A stretch of 64,000 nucleotides of DNA from Bryobacteraceae bacterium (GTDB taxonomy: Bacteria; Acidobacteriota; Terriglobia; Bryobacterales; Bryobacteraceae): assembly GCA_965277855.1 (NCBI GenBank), contig OZ255847.1, positions 3,312,557 to 3,376,556 of the forward strand, read 5' to 3'. Positions 9,482 through 18,384 of this stretch are shown here, piece by piece (position 1 is the first letter of the stretch; each line of letters opens with the position of its first letter). The translations under genes were made by a program, and so were the position numbers. The notes under the pieces were generated by a model that saw only the letters and a program-made list of their open reading frames with translations, was not told the origin of the DNA and did not search any database.

Positions 9482-10912
9482 ATGTTGCAAACCGCCCTCG
9501 AGAAACCCGGTCGCCGGACATTTCTGAAAAATTCAGGGGTCGCCGCCGCTAGTTTACTGACAGCCGCGTCAGCTAAGAGAGTGCTCGGCGCAAACGACCG
9601 GATTCGCGTGGCCGTCATTGGAGTCCGGGGCCGTGGCTGGGACCACGTAAAGGGCTACCACTCGCTGCCGGGTGTCGAAATCGTTTCCTTCTGCGACATT
9701 GATGAAAACGTACTGCGCAAACGCCTCGATGATGCCGACAAGATGGGCATTGCTAAGCCGCAAACTTACGTTGATGTGCGCAAACTGCTCGAAGACAAGA
9801 ATGTGGACGCCGTTTCGATCGCGACGCCAAACCATTGGCATTCTCTGATAGGCATCTGGGCGGCGCAAGCCGGCAAGGATATGTACATTGAGAAGCCTTG
9901 CTCGCACAACTGGTGGGAAGGCCATCAGCTGGTAGAAGCGGTCAACAAGTACAAGGTGATTTGCGAGCACGGCAGCCAGTGCCGCTCGAGTGCCGCCATT
10001 CGGGAAGCCATGGATCACATGGGTTCAGGCTTGCTGGGTAACGTCTACATGTCGCGGGGACTTTGCTACAAGTGGCGCAAGACGATTGGACATGCAGGCC
10101 CGGAACCGGTACCCGCGGGAGTGCATTACGATCTCTGGACTGGCCCGGCGCCGCTGAAACCATTCACTAAGAATCGCTTTCACTACAACTGGCATTGGAT
10201 CTGGGACACCGGCAACGGCGATTTGGGCAACCAGGGGATCCATGAAGTAGATTTGGCGCGTTGGGGTCTCGGCGTGACTTTTCCAACGAAGGTTTCGGCG
10301 ATCGGTGGCCATTTTCTGTTCGATGATGACCAGCAGACACCCAACGTTCTGACGGTTGCCTACGAATTCAAAACGCCGGACGCGAAAACCAAGATGATGA
10401 ACTTCGAAGTGCGCGGCTGGATGACCAACCATGAAGCCGGTATCGGCACGAAGGAGTTTTCGAGCAGCGGCGTTCCGGCGGCAGGTTTGGCCAAGGCGTC
10501 TACTCCTGCGGCAGACAAGGCTTCGTTAGGTCCTGCGTCTGGCGCTCCCTCAACCATCGGTAATCTCTACTATGGCTCGAAAGGCTATCTGGCGATTTCG
10601 GATTACAACTCGTATAAATCGTTCCTTGGCGAAGAGAACGAAGAGGGGCCCGAGCGGCATGCGCCAGTGACGAACGAGCATTTCGCGAATTTCCTCGAGT
10701 GTGTGCGCAGCCGCAAAGCGGAGGATCTGCACGCGCCGATTCTTGAAGGACATATTTCTTCCACGCTTGTCCATCTGGCAAACGCGTCATACCGGCTGGG
10801 ACGCACGATCAACTTCGATCCGTCTACCGAGAGCGTGGTCAACGATTCCGAAGCTACGGTCTTATTGAAGGGCACCTATCGCGCGCCATATATCGTGCCT
10901 GAGAAAGTTTAG
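9482..10912 (+). CDS. Gfo/Idh/MocA family oxidoreductase, Tat-exported
   Basis: Tat signal GRRTFLKNSGVAAASLL and Rossmann motif IRVAVIGVRGRGWDH. I moved the start to the ATG at 9482, which is preceded by AGGAGG. The ORF-track start is the GTG at 9458. Confidence 0.85.
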   Translation: MLQTALEKPGRRTFLKNSGVAAASLLTAASAKRVLGANDRIRVAVIGVRGRGWDHVKGYHSLPGVEIVSFCDIDENVLRKRLDDADKMGIAKPQTYVDVRKLLEDKNVDAVSIATPNHWHSLIGIWAAQAGKDMYIEKPCSHNWWEGHQLVEAVNKYKVICEHGSQCRSSAAIREAMDHMGSGLLGNVYMSRGLCYKWRKTIGHAGPEPVPAGVHYDLWTGPAPLKPFTKNRFHYNWHWIWDTGNGDLGNQGIHEVDLARWGLGVTFPTKVSAIGGHFLFDDDQQTPNVLTVAYEFKTPDAKTKMMNFEVRGWMTNHEAGIGTKEFSSSGVPAAGLAKASTPAADKASLGPASGAPSTIGNLYYGSKGYLAISDYNSYKSFLGEENEEGPERHAPVTNEHFANFLECVRSRKAEDLHAPILEGHISSTLVHLANASYRLGRTINFDPSTESVVNDSEATVLLKGTYRAPYIVPEKV

Positions 10913-10950
10913 AGCTTGTCGTGGGGTAGGCTTTAAAGATTGCCGGAAAA

Positions 10951-11030
10951 GTATTGGCCGCAGATGAACGCTGATAAACGCCGATTGAAAATAAATGTTT
11001 TATCCGCGTTGATCCGTGTTCATCTGCGGC
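10951..11030. repeat. REP-like imperfect palindromic element, copy A (full)
   Basis: The arms 10957-10981 and 11006-11030 pair at 22 of 25 positions. The outer 13 bp are perfect (gccgcagatgaac / gttcatctgcggc). It is intergenic, between the oxidoreductase and cytochrome c genes. A related copy lies at 48549-48613. Confidence 0.6.
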
Positions 11031-11120
11031 TAGATCTGCTTTTTCTTCAATCTCTTTAGGCCGCCACCTTTTTGCATTTCGAAAGCCGGCTCTCTCGCGC
11101 CAAGCTGAGAGAATAACTGA

Positions 11121-12002
11121 ATGAGCCATGTGACAATGCTCCGCGCAGGTGTGGCCCTGCTTTGCTGCCTGTCGGTCGGACCAAAGTTGGTCGGGCAGGA
11201 ACCGCCAGTGAACATGTCGCCACCCGGCAAATCGGATTCCGATCAGGTGATGAGCGCGGCCGCTATTTCAGCTTCTAAACAAGATCCGGCGGCAGTCGAG
11301 CGGGGCAGTAAGGTGTATCGCACAAATTGCGCGGGCTGCCATGGAGTGGCGGCCAATGGCGGCGCTGGTGCGCCGGACCTGGTGCGTTCATTGTTAGTCC
11401 TGGATGACGAAAAAGGCATTCTGATCGGCCCGGTGGTTCGTGAAGGGCGACCAGATAAAGGCATGCCAAAACTGGGTTTGAGCGAGCCGCAAATTGCCGA
11501 TGTCGTCGCTTGGCTGCATGCCCGAACGTATGCGGCCGGGCATCGGGTGACTTACGTTTTCCAGAATATTGTGACGGGCGATCCTCACAAAGGCGAAGCT
11601 TACTTTAATGGCGCGGGCGGATGCGCTTCATGCCATTCAGTAACTGGCGATCTGGCCGGAGTAGGTCGCAAATACGATGCCATGTCTCTGCAAACGCGCT
11701 GGCTGCAACCGCGCAACCAACGTTCGAGAAGCCGGTCCGCGGAAAGTCAGACTGCCAAGTTAGCGCCCACCATCACAGTAACGCTCCCAAACGGCCAGAG
11801 CTATTCAGGCGTCCTCGAACAGCTGGACGACTTTACCGTAGGCTTGCAAGATGCCCAGCATCAGTATCATTCGTTTAGCCGTGAACGCGTCGACATCAAG
11901 GTAGCGGTGCATGATCCTTTGAGCGCGCACGAGCAACTGCTAAGTAAGTACACAGATGCTGACATTCATAACGTAACTGCTTATCTCGCTTCGTTGAAAT
12001 GA
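11121..12002 (+). CDS. dihaem c-type cytochrome, secreted
   Basis: 293 aa with a signal peptide. It has two CxxCH motifs (CAGCHG, CASCHS). Its stop overlaps the start of the downstream PQQ-propeller gene (ATGA). Confidence 0.85.
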   Translation: MSHVTMLRAGVALLCCLSVGPKLVGQEPPVNMSPPGKSDSDQVMSAAAISASKQDPAAVERGSKVYRTNCAGCHGVAANGGAGAPDLVRSLLVLDDEKGILIGPVVREGRPDKGMPKLGLSEPQIADVVAWLHARTYAAGHRVTYVFQNIVTGDPHKGEAYFNGAGGCASCHSVTGDLAGVGRKYDAMSLQTRWLQPRNQRSRSRSAESQTAKLAPTITVTLPNGQSYSGVLEQLDDFTVGLQDAQHQYHSFSRERVDIKVAVHDPLSAHEQLLSKYTDADIHNVTAYLASLK

Positions 12003-13609
12003 ACCTATCTAGATTTGCTGTTTCACTCATTTGGGCTGTCGTACCTTCATTAGTTCTTGGCCAAGGCTTAAACCCGGCCGCGCTGGTGAACAAGCCGGTG
12101 GACACTTGGCCGACTTACAACGGCGATTATTCCGGCCGCCGCTTCAGTTCACTCGACCAGATCAACTCCGGGAATGTGCAAAACCTGGCACTCGCGTGGG
12201 CGGCTCGATTCACGGGAAGCGGAGGTCCCGGCCTTCCCGTCGTCATTAAGTCCACTCCGTTGCTGGTAAACGGCGTGCTCTACTTCACTGCGCCTAACCA
12301 TGTGTGGGCGGCCGATGTACGTACGGGGCGGCAGCTTTGGCATTATCAGTATCCGACCAATACCGGAAGCACGATCGGCAACCGCGGCTTGGGAATGTAT
12401 GAAAACTGGCTGTTCTTCGAATCGCCTGACAGTCATCTAGTCAGCCTGGATGCAACCACCGGAAAAGAGCGCTGGAAAGTCGAGATCGCCGATCCGAAGC
12501 TGGATTACACCTCGACCGTCGCGCCGATCGTGGTCGGCAATCACATCCTAACCGGTATTGGAGGCGATCATCTCGACAACCCTGGCTTTCTCGAGTCGCA
12601 CGATCCAGAAACCGGCGCTCTGCAATGGAAATGGTTTACGACACCGCGTAAAGGCGAGCCAGGCATTGAGACCTGGCCGAACGAATACGCGGCGGCTCAT
12701 GGCACCGGGCAGACCTGGATGCCGGGTACCTACGATCCGCAGTTGAACCTTTACTATGTCGGAACCGGCAATCCCAATCCCGTGATGGCGGACAAGAGCC
12801 GCAAGGGCGACAACCTGTATACGTGCTCGATTGTGGCGCTGAATCCCGACACCGGGAAACTGGCCTGGTATTACCAGGTTTCCCCCCACGATGTGCATGA
12901 CTGGGATGCGGTGGAGACGCCAGTACTGGTGGATGGGACAGTGGCGGGCAAGCCGCGGAAACTGTTGGTCCAGGCGAGCCGCAACGGTTACTTCTTTGTG
13001 TTGGACCGGACTAACGGCGAGCATATTCTGACCAAGCCTTTCATCGATTCACTGAACTGGGCGAAGGGGCTGAATGCCAAAGGGCAGCCGGTGCCGGTAC
13101 CGGCAAAATTTCCGACGACCGATGGCGTGCTGGTTTCGCCGGCCTCGGGCGGAGCCACTAACTGGCCTGCGCCAAGCTTCGACCCGAATACCGGACTGCT
13201 TTACGTCGGGTCAAATCGCAGTTACAGCATGTTCTATTTGACCGACACCGATGAACGGCCGGAGGGCTGGGCGGGCTTGGACAATGTGGTGAGCGGTGAC
13301 GGCGGAGCTTTGCTTGCCATCGACTACAAAACCGGTAACATCGCCTGGCGGCACGACTGGCCTACCGGCAGCGGCGTAGTCTCAATGCTCTCTACCGCCG
13401 GCAAGCTGCTGTTTACCAGCAATCAGAAAAACTTCGTGGCGATCGATGCCACTAAAGGAACAATTCGCTGGCATACCGGTCTGACCGGAAATCCCAGCAA
13501 TGGGCCGATTACTTACCTGGTAGACGAGAAACAATACGTACTGGTGGCCGCCGGCGATACGCTATTTGCCTTCCGGCTGAACGATGCGACTGGAAACGCC
13601 ACTGACTAG
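11999..13609 (+). CDS. PQQ-dependent dehydrogenase-like beta-propeller protein (quinoprotein family)
   Basis: 536 aa with a signal peptide. WPTYNGDYSGRRFSSLDQIN...NLALAW and repeated W-containing propeller blades are typical of the quinoprotein alcohol/glucose dehydrogenase superfamily. The adjacent-Cys pair of classical MDH/ADH enzymes was not seen. Confidence 0.8.
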   Translation: MNLSRFAVSLIWAVVPSLVLGQGLNPAALVNKPVDTWPTYNGDYSGRRFSSLDQINSGNVQNLALAWAARFTGSGGPGLPVVIKSTPLLVNGVLYFTAPNHVWAADVRTGRQLWHYQYPTNTGSTIGNRGLGMYENWLFFESPDSHLVSLDATTGKERWKVEIADPKLDYTSTVAPIVVGNHILTGIGGDHLDNPGFLESHDPETGALQWKWFTTPRKGEPGIETWPNEYAAAHGTGQTWMPGTYDPQLNLYYVGTGNPNPVMADKSRKGDNLYTCSIVALNPDTGKLAWYYQVSPHDVHDWDAVETPVLVDGTVAGKPRKLLVQASRNGYFFVLDRTNGEHILTKPFIDSLNWAKGLNAKGQPVPVPAKFPTTDGVLVSPASGGATNWPAPSFDPNTGLLYVGSNRSYSMFYLTDTDERPEGWAGLDNVVSGDGGALLAIDYKTGNIAWRHDWPTGSGVVSMLSTAGKLLFTSNQKNFVAIDATKGTIRWHTGLTGNPSNGPITYLVDEKQYVLVAAGDTLFAFRLNDATGNATD

Positions 13610-13967
13610 CTGCGATAGCCGAGCTTGTCGTTGTCGAACTGCGAGTTGTTGCTTTTCTTCTCGCGGACGACGGCGAAAATGGAGACCACTACCTGGGCGG
13701 CGAAGAAGATGATCCAGAAGTTCATGCCCTTGATAAGGCATCTGGCTTACCAGCGAAGTGGCAAGGCTAAGTTGTTCATTCTGAAAGGCAGACATCGATA
13801 GCTCCAGAACCGGAGTTCCAAATCGATACGCCTGGGCCGTTTCATTTCGGGAAAAGGACCAACCTGGAATTCTGATAAGATTTCGTGAGCCGCCGGTCAA
13901 CTAGAGCTTTAGTCAGTAACATCGCCGCGTTTAGCGTTGTTCTAAAGCGGCGAGAGGAAGGAACAGA

Positions 13968-14555
13968 ATGATTTCACCCTCGTCCACACAATTGGTGCTC
14001 GCGCTCTTGCTGCTAGTCTGCCTAACGAGTTTTACCTGGGCCATGCGCAATTTCTTTGTTAAGCCGGAGCGCATGACGCCAGGACTGAGAGTGACACTCG
14101 CAGCCGGGTTCGTTTTTGCACTAACGCATTTTGTGGTGTTGTTCCGAACTTCAGATATCGAGCTGATTCCAGCCATCGCGGCAGCGACTCTGTACTGCAC
14201 GGCGCTGGCGCTTTTCTGGTGGACGATTGCTTCGCATCGTGTGCAGCCGCTGGCCGCGTGTTTTTCACGCAATGAAGAACTGCACCTGGTGCAACACGGA
14301 CCGTATCGCCTGGTGCGGCATCCGTTCTACTGTTCCTATCTGCTCACGTGGTTGGCGGGAGCGGTAGCAACGCTGAATCCGGTGCTCGGGCTGACGTTTG
14401 TGGTGATGTTCTTCTTATATCTGGCGGCAGCGCGAAACGAAGAGAATAAGTTTGCCACGAGTTCGCTGGCAGAAGCCTATTCGCGATACCGCCGCTCGAC
14501 CGGGCAGTTCTTTCCCAGTCCGCTCAAAGTGTTAATGCACCGGCGCGTGCAATAA
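13968..14555 (+). CDS. isoprenylcysteine carboxyl methyltransferase (ICMT/PEMT) family membrane protein
   Basis: 195 aa with several hydrophobic helices. LVQHGPYRLVRHPFYCSYLLTW is the family signature (GPY..RHP.Y). Confidence 0.7.
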   Translation: MISPSSTQLVLALLLLVCLTSFTWAMRNFFVKPERMTPGLRVTLAAGFVFALTHFVVLFRTSDIELIPAIAAATLYCTALALFWWTIASHRVQPLAACFSRNEELHLVQHGPYRLVRHPFYCSYLLTWLAGAVATLNPVLGLTFVVMFFLYLAAARNEENKFATSSLAEAYSRYRRSTGQFFPSPLKVLMHRRVQ

Positions 14556-14562
14556 CGCTCGC

Positions 14563-15369
14563 TCAGCCCTGGTCGTAGTCATCATGGTGACGCCACCAGG
14601 CGCCGGTCTCGTTGCGTCCCTTAGGTGCGCGGTCGAGCCACTGGTAAGCGCCCCAGAGGCCGTCCAGTCCACGCGCATAGGTGGAATAGGTGTGATAGAT
14701 CCTGCCGTCCTCAAGCGTGAACGCGCTCATGCCCGGCCGTTCGCGCACGTACGTGGGCACGTCAGTTCCGGACATCGCCGCGAACTCGACGACCGGTCCC
14801 TTGACCGGCGCGGCGTCCATGGCGCGGCCGCTACGCCGGTAGTTGTATTCGACATTTCCCTCGCGGCGTTGCTGATCGGTGAACCAGACGTTGAAGTCGA
14901 AGTTGAAGTCACCGCCGAACGAGGACGCCCAGGGGAAGGTCCAGCCCATCCGTCGCTTGAACGCCTGCAACTTTGCGATTGGCGCGCGCGACACCGCCGA
15001 AAGGGTGACGTCGTGGTTGGCCAGGTGAACCACGAACCCGTTGAAGCCGTCCGCGATCATCGAGCAGGATGGACAGCCAGCCGCGTAGTCGGGGCCGAAC
15101 ATGAAGTGGTAGACGAGCAGTTGCGAATTCCCTCGGAAGAGGTCTGCCAGCGAGGCGCTGCCCTCGTCGGTCTCAAAGCGGTACTCCTTGTCGATTCGAA
15201 CCCATGGCAGATCCTGCCGCTGTTGGGCCAGCTCGTCGCTGCGCCGTGTAAGTTCCTTCTCCGACTTAAGTAGCTCGAGCCGGGCTGCGAGCCACTGTTC
15301 GCGTGTCCCGGTCTTGTGTCTCGTCATCGTGTTTGTCTCTCTCGATATGACCTGTTGATTAGTGCTCAT
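14563..15369 (-). CDS. DUF899 thioredoxin-like protein
   Basis: The pattern REQWLAARLELLKSEKELTR...LPWVRIDKEYRFE...LLVYHFMFGPDYAAGCPSCS...TLSAVSRAP...KRRMGW matches the DUF899 family. The true start may be the ATG at 15327 (MTRHKTG...). Confidence 0.8.
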   Translation of the reverse strand: MSTNQQVISRETNTMTRHKTGTREQWLAARLELLKSEKELTRRSDELAQQRQDLPWVRIDKEYRFETDEGSASLADLFRGNSQLLVYHFMFGPDYAAGCPSCSMIADGFNGFVVHLANHDVTLSAVSRAPIAKLQAFKRRMGWTFPWASSFGGDFNFDFNVWFTDQQRREGNVEYNYRRSGRAMDAAPVKGPVVEFAAMSGTDVPTYVRERPGMSAFTLEDGRIYHTYSTYARGLDGLWGAYQWLDRAPKGRNETGAWWRHHDDYDQG

Positions 15370-15428
15370 GAGATAAATTTAGTGCCGGATGTCGAAGCGG
15401 TGGGAGTGACAAGTGTGGCGGGATTCCG

Positions 15429-16649
15429 ATGGACTCTCTGATCACGGCCGCGGCGCGTGCGCTGGCGGCGGGTGATCCGGTCGGTGCATTGAAGCGGGTC
15501 GCGCTGCGCGACGATGCGCCTGCGCTCGCGCTTCGAGGCATCGCGATGGCGCAGCTTGGCGATCTGGCACGAGCAAAGGTGCTCCTGCGAAGCGCTGCGC
15601 GCGCCTTCGGCCCGAAAGAAGGAGTGGCCCGCGCGAGGTGCGTCGTCGCCGAGGCCGAGATCGCACTTGCCTCGCGCGACCTGGGCTGGCCTGCGAGAGC
15701 ACTCGATGCAGCGCGGGCGACGCTCGAAGAACACGGCGACCGAGTGAACGCCGCACATGCGCGCTATCTCGAGGTCCGACGTCTGCTCCTGATCGGACGT
15801 CTGGATGAGGCGGAGCGTATGCTCGCCGACCTTGACCCGACGCCCTTGCCGCCTGCATCGAGGGCCGCCCATGAGCTGGTGGTGGCGGGGATCGCAATGC
15901 GGCGTCTCCATACGAAAGCGGCAAGCGATGCGCTCGCCCGGGCCGGCCAAGCCGCGCGGCAGGCAGGCATCCCGGCGCTGATGGCGGAGGTTGAAAGCGC
16001 ATCCCTTGTCCTGAACACGCCCGCGGCGCGCCTGATTGCGAGCGGCCAGGAGCGGCTCCTTCTGCTTGAAGAGGTAGAAGCGTTGCTCGCGTCGAAAGCC
16101 CTCGTCGTGGACGCCTGCCGTCATGTCGTGCGCGACGCATGCACTGTCGTTTCGCTCTCGAGACGTCCAGTGTTGTTCGCAATCGCGCGGGCACTGGGCG
16201 AAGCGTGGCCGCGCGACGTGCCGAGAGACCTGCTCCTGGCGCGGGCATTCGGAGCGAAGCTTGCCGATGAGTCGCATCGCGCACGTTTGCGAGTCGAAGT
16301 CGGGCGGCTTCGTCGAATGCTGCGGCCGCTGACGAGCATTAGCGCGACGCAGCGAGGGTTTGCACTTGCGCCACGCGGCACAAGAGAAGTCGTCGTGCTG
16401 GCCCGGCCTGTCGATGAAGAACACGCCGCGATGCTTGCCTTCCTTGCCGACGGTGAATCCTGGTCAAGTTCCGCCCTGGCGCTTGCGCTCGGAACGAGCC
16501 AGCGTACCGTGCAGCGAGCGCTCGACTCGCTCTCGACAGCAGCAAAGGTGCAGTCGTTCGGGCTCGGGCGAGCTCGTCGCTGGCTGACCCCGCCGGTACC
16601 GGGATTCACGACGACTTTGTTACTCCCCGCGCCACTGCCGAGTGACTAA
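15429..16649 (+). CDS. Ala/Arg-rich hypothetical protein with C-terminal HTH-like segment
   Basis: 406 aa in a visibly GC-rich stretch. The C-terminal ALALALGTSQRTVQRALDSL resembles a DeoR/HTH_11-type recognition segment. No other motif was recognised. Confidence 0.5.
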   Translation: MDSLITAAARALAAGDPVGALKRVALRDDAPALALRGIAMAQLGDLARAKVLLRSAARAFGPKEGVARARCVVAEAEIALASRDLGWPARALDAARATLEEHGDRVNAAHARYLEVRRLLLIGRLDEAERMLADLDPTPLPPASRAAHELVVAGIAMRRLHTKAASDALARAGQAARQAGIPALMAEVESASLVLNTPAARLIASGQERLLLLEEVEALLASKALVVDACRHVVRDACTVVSLSRRPVLFAIARALGEAWPRDVPRDLLLARAFGAKLADESHRARLRVEVGRLRRMLRPLTSISATQRGFALAPRGTREVVVLARPVDEEHAAMLAFLADGESWSSSALALALGTSQRTVQRALDSLSTAAKVQSFGLGRARRWLTPPVPGFTTTLLLPAPLPSD

Positions 16650-16658
16650 GATCGAAGC

Positions 16659-17336
16659 ATGAGTCGGACACATGAGGTAAACACGGCCGAAGTCGTCCGT
16701 GAGTACGGTCCCTTTCCGGGTGCCGACAGCGTGCATGGAGTAACGTTTGACGGTCAGAACGTCTGGTTTGCTGCCGGAGATAAGCTAAACGCCTTCGATC
16801 CATCGAGCGGTCAGATGCTTTCTTCGATTGATGCCGTCGCGCATGCGGGAACCGCCTTCGACGGCCGGCATCTATTTCAGCTCGCCGAGGATCGCATCCA
16901 GAAGATCGATCCGAAGAATGGCCGTGTGCTCGCCACGATTCCGGCACCCGGCCAAGGCGGTGACTCGGGGCTCGCGTGGGCCGAAGGGACGCTGTGGGTC
17001 GGGCAGTATCGAGATCGAAAGATCCATCAAGTCGATCCCGAAACAGGGGCGATTCTTCGCACGATCGAGTCCAACCGCTTCGTCACCGGGGTCACCTGGG
17101 TCGATGGAGAGCTGTGGCACGGAACCTTGGAAGCTGATGAGAGCGATTTACGGCGAGTCGATCCTGGAACCGGAGAAGTTCTTGAGAGTCTCGAGATGCC
17201 GCGCGGAGTCACTGTTTCGGGGCTCGAATCCAATGGCGGCGATCGGTTCTTCTGCGGAGGAGGACGGAGCGGTAAGGTCAGGGCGGTCCGGCGGCCTCGA
17301 CGAGGCGTCGCGAAGGGTCACACAGAACGAACTTGA
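16659..17336 (+). CDS. beta-propeller repeat protein (glutamine cyclotransferase-like)
   Basis: 225 aa. The repeated pattern (VHGVTFDGQNVWF, GLAWAEGTLWV, VTGVTWVDGELWH) resembles glutaminyl cyclase-like propellers. No signal peptide is present. Its 3' end overlaps the rtcA 3' end by 19 nt (convergent). Confidence 0.5.
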   Translation: MSRTHEVNTAEVVREYGPFPGADSVHGVTFDGQNVWFAAGDKLNAFDPSSGQMLSSIDAVAHAGTAFDGRHLFQLAEDRIQKIDPKNGRVLATIPAPGQGGDSGLAWAEGTLWVGQYRDRKIHQVDPETGAILRTIESNRFVTGVTWVDGELWHGTLEADESDLRRVDPGTGEVLESLEMPRGVTVSGLESNGGDRFFCGGGRSGKVRAVRRPRRGVAKGHTERT

Positions 17337-18334
17337 ACCTCGACGTGGCTGTCACGATTCACGGTTTCAAAAGACACCGGGAGAAACAGTTGAATCACCT
17401 CCATATTCGTGAGGGCATGCCGGGTCAGCTTGAGCGCCGCGAAGCTGCCTTCGCCTGCTAGTGCGTAGGGCAAGAGGAGTTGGTCAGTCAGGTGTTCCCC
17501 GGCAACTGCATCTGAAACAAGATATTCGCGTGCTTCCCGGACCACGTCTTTGGCGACATTCTCGGCCGTGATGCCGATCTCTCCGAAAGATGTGAATGTC
17601 TCGGTGGCTGCGTCGCTCTCAATCTCCAGCATCACGACATTGCCGGGACCGGGCGATAGCTTCGTATTTACAATCCTGGTTTCGATGCCGCCGGAAAACA
17701 TCTCCTCGACCGTGTCGATCTCTCGTTTTGCTATCTGGGCCTGCAGATTCGCCACGATGGCGGTTACTCGCTTCTGAACCACTGGGCCGCGGACGCCAAC
17801 GTGCAAGACGGAGAGCTTCCGGCATGGCTCGATTACAGCGCGAAAACAGCCGCCGCCCGCAGGATAGAAGCCGTAACGTTCCAACGACAGGTTGACTTGC
17901 GAACCCATGCGCCGGATAAACGGCAGAAAGGTCCGATCTAAGAAGTCGAACGGCGGCGCTGACTGATTGTGCGTTCCGCCTTGGATAGTCAAAGTACTGG
18001 GAGCATCGGCCAGCATCAGCGCCGGTAGTACCGTCTGGAAAACCAATGTGCCGCTGCCCGCCGTGCCAATCACAAAGCGATACTCACCGGGCTTCACTGC
18101 TTTGGGCGTGAAGCACAGGGACTGAGAACCGAGATGCGCTCCTGCGATCTCCGCCTCTCCGATTTGCCCCGCCGCCAGAACACTGGTCAGATGTTGACGT
18201 AAGAGTCCGGGCTTCTTGCGGCCGGCCCGGATGTTTTCCATCTGAAATGGCTGGCCTGTCAGCAGTGACAGCGAGAGCGATGTGCGCAGCAGCTGGCCGC
18301 CGCCCTCGCCTCGCGCGCCGTCAATTTGGATCAT
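17318..18334 (-). CDS. rtcA: RNA 3'-terminal phosphate cyclase
   Basis: From the ATG at 18334: MIQIDGARGEGGGQLLRTSLSLSLLTGQPFQMENIRAGRKKPGLLRQHLT... It appears colinear, from recalled sequence, with E. coli RtcA, including the FYPAGGG region. The ORF-track start at 18487 adds 51 residues antisense to the rtcR remnant. Confidence 0.9.
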   Translation of the reverse strand: MIQIDGARGEGGGQLLRTSLSLSLLTGQPFQMENIRAGRKKPGLLRQHLTSVLAAGQIGEAEIAGAHLGSQSLCFTPKAVKPGEYRFVIGTAGSGTLVFQTVLPALMLADAPSTLTIQGGTHNQSAPPFDFLDRTFLPFIRRMGSQVNLSLERYGFYPAGGGCFRAVIEPCRKLSVLHVGVRGPVVQKRVTAIVANLQAQIAKREIDTVEEMFSGGIETRIVNTKLSPGPGNVVMLEIESDAATETFTSFGEIGITAENVAKDVVREAREYLVSDAVAGEHLTDQLLLPYALAGEGSFAALKLTRHALTNMEVIQLFLPVSFETVNRDSHVEVQVRSV

Positions 18335-18384
18335 AGTCAGCCTTTTACACAAACCACCTGACGCAACGTGTGGACAATTTCCAC

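Noticed and set aside
15366-16609. Several long ORFs on the minus strand (15366..16424, 15442..16284, 15764..16018, 16121..16609) overlapping the 406-aa plus-strand gene
   Set aside because: Their translations are Arg/Pro/Ala-rich and low in complexity with no motifs. This is typical of antisense open frames in GC-rich DNA. The plus-strand ORF is longer and has a plausible HTH segment.
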